A model generated the notes under the pieces. That model did no database searches. It saw nothing but the letters and a program-made list of their open reading frames with translations, and was not told the origin of the DNA. A program made the position numbers and the translations under genes. Of a stretch of 64,000 bases of DNA, positions 30,960-40,700 are shown piece by piece. Within the stretch, counting starts at the first letter, position 1; each line of letters opens with the position of its first letter. The DNA comes from an uncultured delta proteobacterium (GTDB lineage Bacteria > Desulfobacterota > Desulfobacteria > Desulfobacterales > Desulfatirhabdiaceae): the NCBI GenBank assembly GCA_963789395.1, contig CAWBKP010000020.1:96001-160000 (forward strand), in the 5' to 3' direction.

Positions 30960-31094
30960 GGATGAACTCGTAAAAATTCAGGAATTGGCTTCTTCCGTCA
31001 TTGCGGCGAAAGCCGGAATCCATTGCATTTAAATGGTTATGGGCTCCGGCTTTCGCCGAAGTGACGGTGGTCTGGATTTTTTTGGAAGCCATCA
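30960..31094. repeat. Nested palindromic MITE/REP-like element
   Basis: Inner IR CCGTCATTGCGGCGAAAGCCGGAATCCAT / ATGGGCTCCGGCTTTCGCCGAAGTGACGG; imperfect outer IR GATGAACTCGTAAAAATTCAG / CTGGATTTTTTTGGAAGCCATC. Confidence 0.65.
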
Positions 31095-31121
31095 TATTTG
31101 ATCAGTCGTTGGAGTCAGCTC

Positions 31122-32855
31122 ATGAGACCGTATTTTGAAAAAATGGCCGATTTTGGTGCGCCCCTCAAAAAGGGTCAGATCAAAAGAGGTGAAGCGAACA
31201 AGGTGCTTCTTAAGGAAGTGGAAAAAGACATTCGGGATGCTGTTGAAGCAGTAAAGAATGCCGGTTTTCCCGAGGAGAAGATAAACGCCAGGGGAGAGAT
31301 GACCGTCTGGCAGAGACTGGACTATCTGGTTGATCCCGGCACCTGGTGCCCCCTTCACACCCTGTATAATCCGGCTGATAATGAAGAGGGTACGACAAAC
31401 GTCATTGACGGCATCGGCAAAATATCCGGAAAATGGGCCGTGATTATCGGCTTTGACAACAAGGTAATGGCCGGCGCCTGGCTTGCCGGGCAGTCGGAGA
31501 ATATTCTGCGGGTCACCGATCTGGCAAAAAGACTCAATGTCCCCCTGGTGTGGCTCGTGAACTGCTCCGGCGCCAAGCTTTCGGAACAGCATAAATTCTA
31601 TGCCAACCGGCGCGGCGCAGGCGCCCCGTTTTACAGACACGCGGAACTGAACCAGATGGGGATTCCGGTCCTTGCGGGAATATACGGCACCAACCCGGCC
31701 GGTGGCGGCTATCAGAGCATCAGCCCCACCATCCTCTTTGCCCATAAAAACTGCAACATTGCCGTCGGCGGGGCAGGCATTGTCAGCGGTATGGCCCCCA
31801 AGGGCGGATTTGATACGGCGTCTGCGGAAGAGCTGATTGAAAAGACCCGGCACTTCAAAAGCAATCCCCCGGGAACCGCCAAGATTCATTATGATGAGAC
31901 CGGTTTCTTCAGATATGTCTATGATGAGGAAAAAGGAGTCCTGGACGGCCTGAAGGAATACATGAAGGGTATTCCCGCTTTTCAACCGGAGTTCCTGCGC
32001 GTGGCGACTCCGGCGGAGCCAAAATTCGCATCGGATGATCTATACAGGCTTCTTCCCTTTGATCAGAAAGAGGTGTATGACTTTGATGCCATTCTGGCAA
32101 GGCTTGTGGACGGCAGTGAGCAGATGGAGTTCAGGCCCGGGTACGGTCCCGAAGTGTATACGGGGTTGTGCAAGGTTGACGGATATCTTGTTGCATGCAT
32201 TGGAAACCGCCAGGGATATCTGGGAAAGGGCTATCCGGAATATGCGGATTATCCGGGTATCGGCGGAAAACTCTACCGGCAGGGGATGATCAAGATGATC
32301 GAGTTTGTGACGCTCTGCGGCAGGGATAGAATCCCGATCATCTGGTTCCAGGACACATCTGGCATCGATGTAGGAGATGTCGCGGAAAAAGCCGAGCTTC
32401 TGGGCATCGGCCAGAGCCTGATTTATTCCATACAGAACACGGATGTCCCCCAGATGCTGGTTCTGTTAAGAAAAGGCTCTGCTGCGGCCCATTACCTGAT
32501 GGGCGGCCCCCAGGGCAATGACAGCAACGCGTTTTCCGTCGGAACCGCGGCCACCGAGGTTTACGTGATGCACGGAGAAACCGCTGCCGTTGCCATGTAC
32601 GCCAGAAGGCTGGTCAAGGAAAAGGATGCGGGAAAACCCATCGCGCCGATCATTGAAAAAATGAACGCAGTCTCCGCGGATTACAAAAAGTTCTCACGAC
32701 CCAAATACTGCGCTCAGGTCGGCTATGTGGACGAGATTGTTGAAATGGATGCCATCCGCAAATACATGGTTGCTTTCACCGGATCAGCCTACCAGAACCC
32801 CGGATCCATCTGCCCCCAGCACCAGATGGCCCTGCCGAGAATCATCAAGGGCTAA
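31122..32855 (+). CDS. gcdA: Glutaconyl-CoA decarboxylase alpha (carboxyltransferase) subunit
   Basis: DNKVMAGAW, YGTNPAGGGY, WFQDTSGIDVG, RKGSAAAHY.MGGP, CPQHQM.LPR. Confidence 0.92.
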   Translation: MRPYFEKMADFGAPLKKGQIKRGEANKVLLKEVEKDIRDAVEAVKNAGFPEEKINARGEMTVWQRLDYLVDPGTWCPLHTLYNPADNEEGTTNVIDGIGKISGKWAVIIGFDNKVMAGAWLAGQSENILRVTDLAKRLNVPLVWLVNCSGAKLSEQHKFYANRRGAGAPFYRHAELNQMGIPVLAGIYGTNPAGGGYQSISPTILFAHKNCNIAVGGAGIVSGMAPKGGFDTASAEELIEKTRHFKSNPPGTAKIHYDETGFFRYVYDEEKGVLDGLKEYMKGIPAFQPEFLRVATPAEPKFASDDLYRLLPFDQKEVYDFDAILARLVDGSEQMEFRPGYGPEVYTGLCKVDGYLVACIGNRQGYLGKGYPEYADYPGIGGKLYRQGMIKMIEFVTLCGRDRIPIIWFQDTSGIDVGDVAEKAELLGIGQSLIYSIQNTDVPQMLVLLRKGSAAAHYLMGGPQGNDSNAFSVGTAATEVYVMHGETAAVAMYARRLVKEKDAGKPIAPIIEKMNAVSADYKKFSRPKYCAQVGYVDEIVEMDAIRKYMVAFTGSAYQNPGSICPQHQMALPRIIKG

Positions 32856-32857
32856 AG

Positions 32858-32894
32858 ATAAGGATGAGGCTGTTCAAAACAGCCTCATCCTTAT
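32858..32894. terminator. 17-bp perfect hairpin immediately after gcdA
   Basis: ATAAGGATGAGGCTGTT-CAA-AACAGCCTCATCCTTAT. Confidence 0.7.
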
Positions 32895-33146
32895 GCCTTG
32901 CAGGGACAAGTCATGCATCAAGCGGTGAAGGTTTGAAAAACCTGAACCGCTTGCCTGCCATAAGCGCCATTTCCCCTGAAAACATCCGTCATTTCCCAAA
33001 TGGTAATAGTTCATGTCACGGACTTGCCTCCTGCGGCCAGGTGTGATAGTTTTTTTTGCAACTGATCTCATCAGTCAGGCCTCTAATATCAGGGCGATGC
33101 CATGAGACAGGGTTTATATCGTATTGAAATCGAAGAAAGGGAAAAC

Positions 33147-34253
33147 ATGAGCAGATTATTTGAAAGCAGTGAAATCAACGGCATGAAACTGGCCAACCGC
33201 TTTGTGCGGTCGGCGACCTGGGAAGGGATGGCAAGTCCTGAAGGTGCGGCAACACCGAAGCTGATTGACACCATGACCGCGCTGGCCAGAGGCGGCGTGG
33301 GGCTGATCATCAGCGGACACACCTACATCCGGCAGGAGGGTCAGGCCGGCCCTTGGCAGCTTGGCGTTTACAAGGACGATCTGATCCCGGGCCTTCGGGA
33401 AATGACGGATGCGGTCCACGCGGCCGGCGGCAAAATCGTTCTGCAACTGGCACATGCCGGCCATTTCGCTCCCGAAAAATTGACCGGTCAGGCCCCCGTG
33501 GTGGCTTCAGTTTATGAGGGCCTCAGCCGGTCGCCGCGAAAAGAACTGACTGAGCAGGACTTACAGGATCTGGTTGCCGCTTTTGCCGATGCCGCGCAAA
33601 GGGCTAAATCAGCCGGCTTTGACGGGGTCCAGATCCATGCGGCCCACGGCTACCTGCTCAGCCAGTTCCTCTCTCCCATATTCAACCGGCGGGTAGACGG
33701 CTATGGCGGCAGCATTGAAAACCGCTCCCGGATTATCGTTGAAGCCATTCAGGCTGTTCGAGAGGCAGTGGGAAAAGCGTTTCCGATACTGATCAAAATG
33801 AACTGCGCCGATTTTGCGGAAAACGGGCTCAGCCTGGATGATTCCTTGCTTGCCGGGGAATTGCTGGCACAAGCCGGCCTGGATGCCATCGAGCTGAGCG
33901 GCGGGCTGCTGACCGGCGGAAAGCTGTCTCCGAGCCGGCCCGGCATCCACTCGGCGGACAAGGAGGCCTATTTCAGGGAGGAGTTGAGCGAATTTAAAAA
34001 GAAAATCCGGATCCCGTTGATCCTGGTTGGCGGCATCCGGTCTGTTGAGGTTGCCGAGCAGCTCGTGTCAGACGGCGCGGCGGATTACATCGCCATGAGC
34101 CGGCCCCTGATCCGGGAGCCGGATCTGATTTCCCGCTGGAAATCCGGAGACCGTCGCAGGGCGGAATGCAAATCCGACAACCTGTGTTTCGGGCCGGGTC
34201 TTGAAGGCAAGGGAATTTATTGCGTCACAGAGGAGCGGGAAAAGGCGAAATAA
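33147..34253 (+). CDS. NADH:flavin oxidoreductase (Old Yellow Enzyme family)
   Basis: NRFVRSATWE, QLAHAG, GFDGVQIHAAHGYLLSQFLSP, NRR.DGYGGSIENR. Confidence 0.93.
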   Translation: MSRLFESSEINGMKLANRFVRSATWEGMASPEGAATPKLIDTMTALARGGVGLIISGHTYIRQEGQAGPWQLGVYKDDLIPGLREMTDAVHAAGGKIVLQLAHAGHFAPEKLTGQAPVVASVYEGLSRSPRKELTEQDLQDLVAAFADAAQRAKSAGFDGVQIHAAHGYLLSQFLSPIFNRRVDGYGGSIENRSRIIVEAIQAVREAVGKAFPILIKMNCADFAENGLSLDDSLLAGELLAQAGLDAIELSGGLLTGGKLSPSRPGIHSADKEAYFREELSEFKKKIRIPLILVGGIRSVEVAEQLVSDGAADYIAMSRPLIREPDLISRWKSGDRRRAECKSDNLCFGPGLEGKGIYCVTEEREKAK

Positions 34254-35524
34254 ATCAATTTCTGCGGCTGGTATCAAACGATCTGCTTTGCGCAGGGCCG
34301 GGAAAATTCTGGCCCACAGGCCGGTGATCACGATCGAACCTGCGCCGCCAAAAACTGCAGAGCCGACAAGCCCGAGGAAACGGGCAGCCACGCCACTTTC
34401 AAATTCCCCGAGCTCGTTCGACGCACTGATGAACAATCCCGACACGGCGGATACCCTTCCGCGCATCGCGTCGGGGGTGACGATCTGCACCAGATTCTGC
34501 CGCACGAAAACGGAAATGGAATCGGCGGCTCCGGCCACGGCCAGCGCCAGCATCGACAGCCGCGGATCGCGTGAAAAGGCAAAACACAGCGTGGCAAGGC
34601 CATAGACCATGACGCCGCCCAGCATCCATTTTCCGGCATGCCGTGTGATCGGCCGGAAGCCAGGCACAGGGTCAGGCACCCCGCGCCCGCGGCAAAGGAC
34701 GCGCGCAGCTGTCCGAAACCTTCGGGGCCGGTGAAAAGGATGTCTTTGGCGAATGCAGGCAGCAGCGCCGTGACCCCGCCCAGAAGAACGGCGAACAGGT
34801 CGAGCGATATCGCCCCCAGCACGATCTTGCTGCCCCATAAATGCGTCAGCCCCTCGCGGATCATGGTCAGACGCGAAGCTTCGCTGCGTTTGGGGTTGGT
34901 TTCAAGGGGCATTTTCACCAGAACCACCCATGCCGTGCAGGCCAGCATATAAAGTGCGCATGCCGTTGCGTTGGCATAAACCGGCGCCAGCCCGCACAGC
35001 ACCCCGCCGATCCACGGTCCCAGAATCATCCCGCTTTGGACGCTGAATGTGTTCCAGGCAATTGCCTTGGGCAGTTCATCGATCGGAACCAGCAGCGGAA
35101 CAAGGGAAGCGCCGGCGGGCATTGAAAACGTGCGGCCGATGCCGAAAAAACCCGCGACGACAAAGATCGCTATCAGCGGCGGATGCGCCTGCATCGACAG
35201 CAGTGTAAAGGCCGCGGCGCAGGAAACCTGCAATATCCCGCAGCACAATAAAATTTTGCGCCGGTCGTAACGATCCGCTGTTTCGCCCGCAATCAGGGCC
35301 AGGGCGAACATCGGCAAAAATTGCGCCAGCCCGATCATCCCGACAAGAAACATGCTTTGCTGCTCATCGTAGGTTCGGCGCGCGACGGTATAAACCAGCC
35401 ACCCGATCGCCACGCTTTGGGCCAGGGTGGCGATCGTGGTCAACAGGCGTCCTGTCCACATCATGGCATAGGCACGATGTCGGAAAACGGACGGGAAGCG
35501 CATAAAACTAAAAAGAGCGGACAT
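34068..35524 (-). CDS. MFS transporter with a frameshift near 34654; 3' end uncertain
   Basis: GETADRYDRRK motif A in the first frame; TPDAMRGRVSAV...SNELGEFESG in the second frame. Confidence 0.8.
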
Positions 35525-35618
35525 GGAGCAAACTCTCCGTGCCTAACGCCACATTACGAACTTGTAAACGTTCAAAATCAGACGGATCGCTCCCATATAT
35601 GAAAATCATCAAATACGG

Positions 35619-36425
35619 TCATTCCTGACTTTTTCCCGGAATCTGCAGCCTTATTTCTTCAAAAGCCTTTTCTGATAAAATTTCGGAAAACCGAGCGCCG
35701 CCTTTGCTGCGGGTGCGGTAGAACGACAGGCAGTCTTTTACGATGGATAACACGGCGTCTTCGCTGAAAACGCCGGGAAGCTCTCTGGCCAGCTGCGGGT
35801 GTCTGCCCAGTTTGCCGCCGAGCAGCACGCGATACCCTTTGACACCGTCACCAAGGGTTCCCGTGGGGCATACCTGGATGCATTTGCCGCAGGACAGGCA
35901 GCGGTCAAACCGGATAACAGGCGATTCATCTGAAAGAGAGACGGCCTGCTCCCGGCACGCTTCCACGCAGGCTTCGCACTGCGAGCAGGGGGTCTGTGTG
36001 ATTTCCGGGACGCAGGCGCCGATGATGCCGATATCCTTGATCTGAGGCTGGGAGCAGGCATTGGGGCAGTCGGCCAGGGTGATCCGGAATTCGTGGTGAT
36101 ATTTGAGCGGCCCTTTGACTTCTTTTTTCAAAAAATCCAGCAGGTTTTCTTCTGCCAGCAGGGCTTCCAGTTTCTGCATCAACCCGTCGCCGGCATGGGC
36201 CCGGTTGGGGCATCCGCCCGACCCGAAACAGGTTTCGATCTGATACCCCTTGATGTCGGTTTCCATTTTGGACAGGAACCTGGCCTGCGTGGCCTTGACC
36301 TCGGCAAGCGTGATCAGGGATTTTCCTTCTGCGTCCGCTTCTTTTTCCACACGGGATCTGACCCGCTTGCGGACAAAAAAAGGGATTTTTTTGACGGCGT
36401 CTTCCGCCTCGTCCGTCCATTTCAT
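35619..36425 (-). CDS. Sulfite/nitrite-reductase-like Fe-S protein (PCP_red-like N-terminus, Cx5C/Cx3C, 2x[4Fe-4S])
   Basis: WTDEAE..KIPFFVRKRVR; CFGSGGCPN; DCPNACSQPQIKDIG; CSQCEACVEAC; CLSCGKCIQVCP; GGKLGRHP. Confidence 0.8.
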   Translation of the reverse strand: MKWTDEAEDAVKKIPFFVRKRVRSRVEKEADAEGKSLITLAEVKATQARFLSKMETDIKGYQIETCFGSGGCPNRAHAGDGLMQKLEALLAEENLLDFLKKEVKGPLKYHHEFRITLADCPNACSQPQIKDIGIIGACVPEITQTPCSQCEACVEACREQAVSLSDESPVIRFDRCLSCGKCIQVCPTGTLGDGVKGYRVLLGGKLGRHPQLARELPGVFSEDAVLSIVKDCLSFYRTRSKGGARFSEILSEKAFEEIRLQIPGKSQE

Positions 36426-37687
36426 TTCAAGTGCTCGGCAATGGTGACGGTCCGGTCTCCGAGCATGTTGACATAGCTTCCCATTTCATTGTCATACCAG
36501 CCGTAAATCACGGTCTGGGTTACGGGGATTTTGATGACGGATTCGGCCAGTGACCCCAGAACGGCCTTGTCCAGACCCGGAACCTTGGTCAGGTCGATGG
36601 TCACATCCGCGGTCCGCGTGTGGGTTTCATGGCCTTCGATGATCGCGGCGGCACGGGGAAGTCCGACGATATCGGCCGACACGTTCTGCTTGTCCGAAAA
36701 TATCAGATAGCCTCTGGGATCATCCTGGGCGGTCTGACGGTAAATCCCGTTGATCATCTCCCTTCGGATGGCCCCGCCGAACAGTTCTTCCTGGAGATTG
36801 ACCACAAGAATGATCAATGAGCCCGTGGCTGTGGGAATCCTTACGGATTCGGCGATGAATCCGATCTGCTCCATTTCGGGAATCACCAGCCGCAGGGCAT
36901 TGGCGGCACCCGTGGATGTCAGGATGATATTATTCATGATGCTGCGGGTTTTTCGCAGATCCGTTGCGCCGGCCTTGGGCAGCCGGTCCAGCACGGCCTG
37001 GGTTCCGGTGGCGGCATGGACGGTGGCCATCGAGGCGGACAGGATTTTTTTGGGACCGAACGCATGAATCAGCGGCTTCATCATGTGGGCCAGGCAGGTG
37101 GTGGTGCAGGAGGCGTTTGAGATGAGCCGGTGCCGCCTTGGATCGTAGGCATTGTCGTTGATGCCCATGACTGTTGTAACGGCATCTTCGGGCATGGGTC
37201 TTCCCTTGTCTTTTATTTTAAACGGGGCGGATGCAATCACTTTCTCTGCTCCGGCTTCGATGTGGCCCCGTAAAGACCCGGCGGGTAGATCCGCGCTCTG
37301 GGTCGGGTCCAGAAACTGGCCCGTGGTATCCACCACGAGTTTTACGTCATGGTCCTTCCAGCGCAAATCGCGGGGATTCCGGTAGGATCTCAGGAACCTG
37401 ACCTTGACGCCGTTGATTTTCATCGAGCTGTCTCTTTCATCCAGATCCTGAACAACCGCTGTTGCCTGATACCCGTGAAGAAACATGTGCAGGCTGCCAT
37501 AGGTTGAATCTCTTTCGATGTAATGGGCGATATCGCTAAGGGATGTTCCGGCCTGCCTGCCGATATTCACCACCAGCTCGTCGAAATATCCGCGTCCCAC
37601 ATGGTGCCAGACGGTCAGCTTGCCGATCCTGCCAAAACCATTGATACCGAGCTTTACCGCGGTTTTTGCGTCTTTTTTCGGTTCCAT
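36422..37687 (-). CDS. gap: Glyceraldehyde-3-phosphate dehydrogenase, divergent long form
   Basis: GINGFGRIG, SNASCTTTCL, TVHA, TSTGAA, RIPT, GWYDNE. Confidence 0.85.
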   Translation of the reverse strand: MEPKKDAKTAVKLGINGFGRIGKLTVWHHVGRGYFDELVVNIGRQAGTSLSDIAHYIERDSTYGSLHMFLHGYQATAVVQDLDERDSSMKINGVKVRFLRSYRNPRDLRWKDHDVKLVVDTTGQFLDPTQSADLPAGSLRGHIEAGAEKVIASAPFKIKDKGRPMPEDAVTTVMGINDNAYDPRRHRLISNASCTTTCLAHMMKPLIHAFGPKKILSASMATVHAATGTQAVLDRLPKAGATDLRKTRSIMNNIILTSTGAANALRLVIPEMEQIGFIAESVRIPTATGSLIILVVNLQEELFGGAIRREMINGIYRQTAQDDPRGYLIFSDKQNVSADIVGLPRAAAIIEGHETHTRTADVTIDLTKVPGLDKAVLGSLAESVIKIPVTQTVIYGWYDNEMGSYVNMLGDRTVTIAEHLK

Positions 37688-37715
37688 TCTTCCCTCCTTT
37701 TACTGTAAAAAATAG

Positions 37716-37751
37716 ATCCCATCCCCTTTTACAAAGGGGGAAGGTGTAATT
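37716..37751. repeat. Degenerate REP-like repeat
   Basis: CCCCTTTTACAAAGGGGGAAGG...AATTT. Confidence 0.5.
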
Positions 37752-37783
37752 TCCGTTGACGGGAAGCCCGAATTCATTAATGG

Positions 37784-40700
37784 TTACGCTGTTTCTCTGA
37801 TCCGGATCCGTCCCTGATACACCGATCCTTCCAGTCCGTCCATACTGACGGCATCTCCGGAGGATAGCATCCGATCGTTGAATTCGCACTGTTTTTCTTT
37901 TTCTCTGCAGACAAGGTTCCCGCAGCCGACCACACAGGTCTTTCCCAGCCGGTGGGCAACCACGGCCGCATGGGAGGTCAGCCCGCCCCGGGCCGTCAGC
38001 AGGCCGTCGGCGGCAAAGATCTCCCGGATATCGTCCGGCACCGTATCCCCGCGCATCAGAATCAGGGAGGTGCCCGGCTCCTTGAGCCGCCACTGTTCGA
38101 TTTCTTCCAGGGTAAAGACCACCCTGCCGGCCATTGCCCCCCCGCTGACACCGATACCGTGCCCCAGCAGCCGATCGCCGGAAATGTCTTCCGGATCAAA
38201 GGCCGGTACTTTTTTTCGCTCCCGCATGGCCATTTCCCGGGTCTGAAGAATGAACAGGTCTTTTGCGGCAGGGCTTTCAAAGGTGAATTCCATTTCCTGT
38301 GGCGTCCATCCTTTTTTTTCAATCAAATCAATGGCCCAGCTTTTCAGTGCGGCATAGATTTCCGGAAAATGGGTTTCCAGGGTGATGTCTGTATCCCGCA
38401 TCTCCACTTCCTGCTGAAAGATGGAAATGGGCAGCGTATTGACCAGACCGGAGACGACATCTTCGCCCTGGTTGCCGACGGTGAAATCTCCCCATAGCCG
38501 GACACGGTCTCCGGGCCAGCGGGGGTTGTGGGTAAAAATAACGCCGGTTCCGGACTGCTGGGAAAAATTGCCGAAAACCATGGACTGAACCGTTACGGCC
38601 GTTCCCCAGTCATCGGAAATTCCCATGATTTTCCGGTAGGTTTTGGCCTTGTCCGACTCCCAGGAATCCAGCACGCTGTTGATGGTCATATACAGCTGAT
38701 CCATCGGGTCATCCAGAACAGGATATCCGGCCGCTGCAATGCTTTTTTTGTAAGCCATGGCGACCGCCTGCATCTGTTCGCCGGTGAATCCTTTTTTAAA
38801 GGAAATGCCGAGCGTTTGCTTGAATTCGCTGATGATGGCGTCAAAATGGTCTCGTTCCAGCCCGACCGCCATACCGTAACACTGCAGGAAACGCCGGTAA
38901 TTGTCCCAGGCGAACCAGGCGTTTCCGGTTCTTTCGGCAAGGCCGTGTGCGATTTCTTCATTGATGCCCACATTCAACAGGGTGTCCATCATGCCCGGCT
39001 GGGAAATGGATGAGCCGCTTCGCACTGAGAACAGCAGCGGGTTTGTGGCACTGCCGAAGGTTTTCCCCGTTAATTTTTCAACGGCTGAAATCTGGCGAAC
39101 GACTTGATCCCGGAAATTCTGCAGGGCAGGGGGATAATGCTCAATGATGTCCCTGCAACGGAAAGCTTCCGTTGTAATGATGAATCCCGGCGGGACCGGC
39201 ATCCCGAAGCGCTTGAGCTTGACCATGTTGAGTCCCTTGTTGCCCAGATAGATGATGCCGGGTAAATGTTTGCCGCGCTGATCCACCGTGGTGATGGCCT
39301 GGCTGGGGTCATACAGCAGAAGCAGCCGGAGCTGATCTTGATGAAGCGTGTTGAGCTGATGAAACAGGATGTTCAAAATCCGGGTCAGGAGCCGGTCCAG
39401 TTGCTGAAGCCCGAGCGAAAAAACAAGCTGATCCCTGAAAAAAATCTCGGTGATCCGATGGGTGAGCTTTTCCGGATCCATTGCCGGATCCGGGGGAAGA
39501 TACCGCGGCAGAAGCTGATTTTTGTTGATTCCGGCAATGATGCGGTTGAGATTTTCTTCGTGGACATTGTTGAAATAGTCACTGATGATGTTTTTGACCG
39601 CTATAGAAAAGCCTTTGAAAATATCCAGATACTGGGTGAATGTAAACCCCCTGACCTCAAGGGAATGCGTTAGAAATTCCTGCTGCCGCTCAAACTCGAC
39701 CGAGTGAATGCCGTCTGCTTTCAGCGCCCGGTCAAACAGGGCCAGCAGTTCCGAGATTTCATGAATGGTGACATGGGTGATCAGCGACAGGTCTATGGTC
39801 TGAACGAGTTCTTCAAAGAGGACATTGACCAGGGATTCAATGCGGAACGTCAGTCCCAGCGCATCAAATTTCATTTCATGGTAACTGCCGTACATCGAGG
39901 GAATATCAACGGTGATATGCCTTTTTTTATAAATATCCTCGCGGATCTCATACGTTTTTGGAGACAGAATCAGTTCTTTCAAAAACTCGAGATAATCGAT
40001 GAGAAGCGCAGTCTTTTTTCTGACATTCGGTTGCTCCAGCGCTTTTTGCAGCCGGTTCAGATCCGGAAACCCGCCGGCTTTCAGTTGCTCCAGATAATGG
40101 TTGATCTCAATAAAATCAATATGATATTTGTGGTGAAGAAGTTTGTAGAAGGCTGCCAGCAGTTGAATCCGTTCGATATCTACCTGGGATTCTCCGGAAA
40201 TATTGGAAAGCAGTCCCTGTAACGCGTCGCTACTCAGGGTCAACAGCTGAACCGGAAGCGAAACCCCCTGATGCCGCAGTGTCGTCATGATGCGCTTGAC
40301 GCCGTCAATGTAGGGGCCGGAGGTCTTGATCTGCTTGTAAATGTCCGGGGGAACGAATTTCTCTATTCCTGCCTTGTTCCCGGTTTTCCAGAAGTCCAGA
40401 ACGGCGCCCATGAAGTCCAGAATCTGGTTGCTGCTTTCCACGTGGCTTTGTTTTCTTAGAAAATGGATCAGCACATCTTTTCGCCGGGTCATTTCATCCA
40501 GACGGGTGGAGATTTCCCGCAGTTCTCCTTCCGCACCGATATCATTGAAAAAAGTCGGAAAAATCCGCGCCAGCTGTTTGACTAGATTGTAGACGGGCCC
40601 GATGTCGCTGTTTAGAAGCCGGGTGATATCTCGGGGAAAAAGATCCGTATCTTTAATGAAAACGCCTTCCAGGCAAAGGTGAATGATCAGGCAGGACAGC

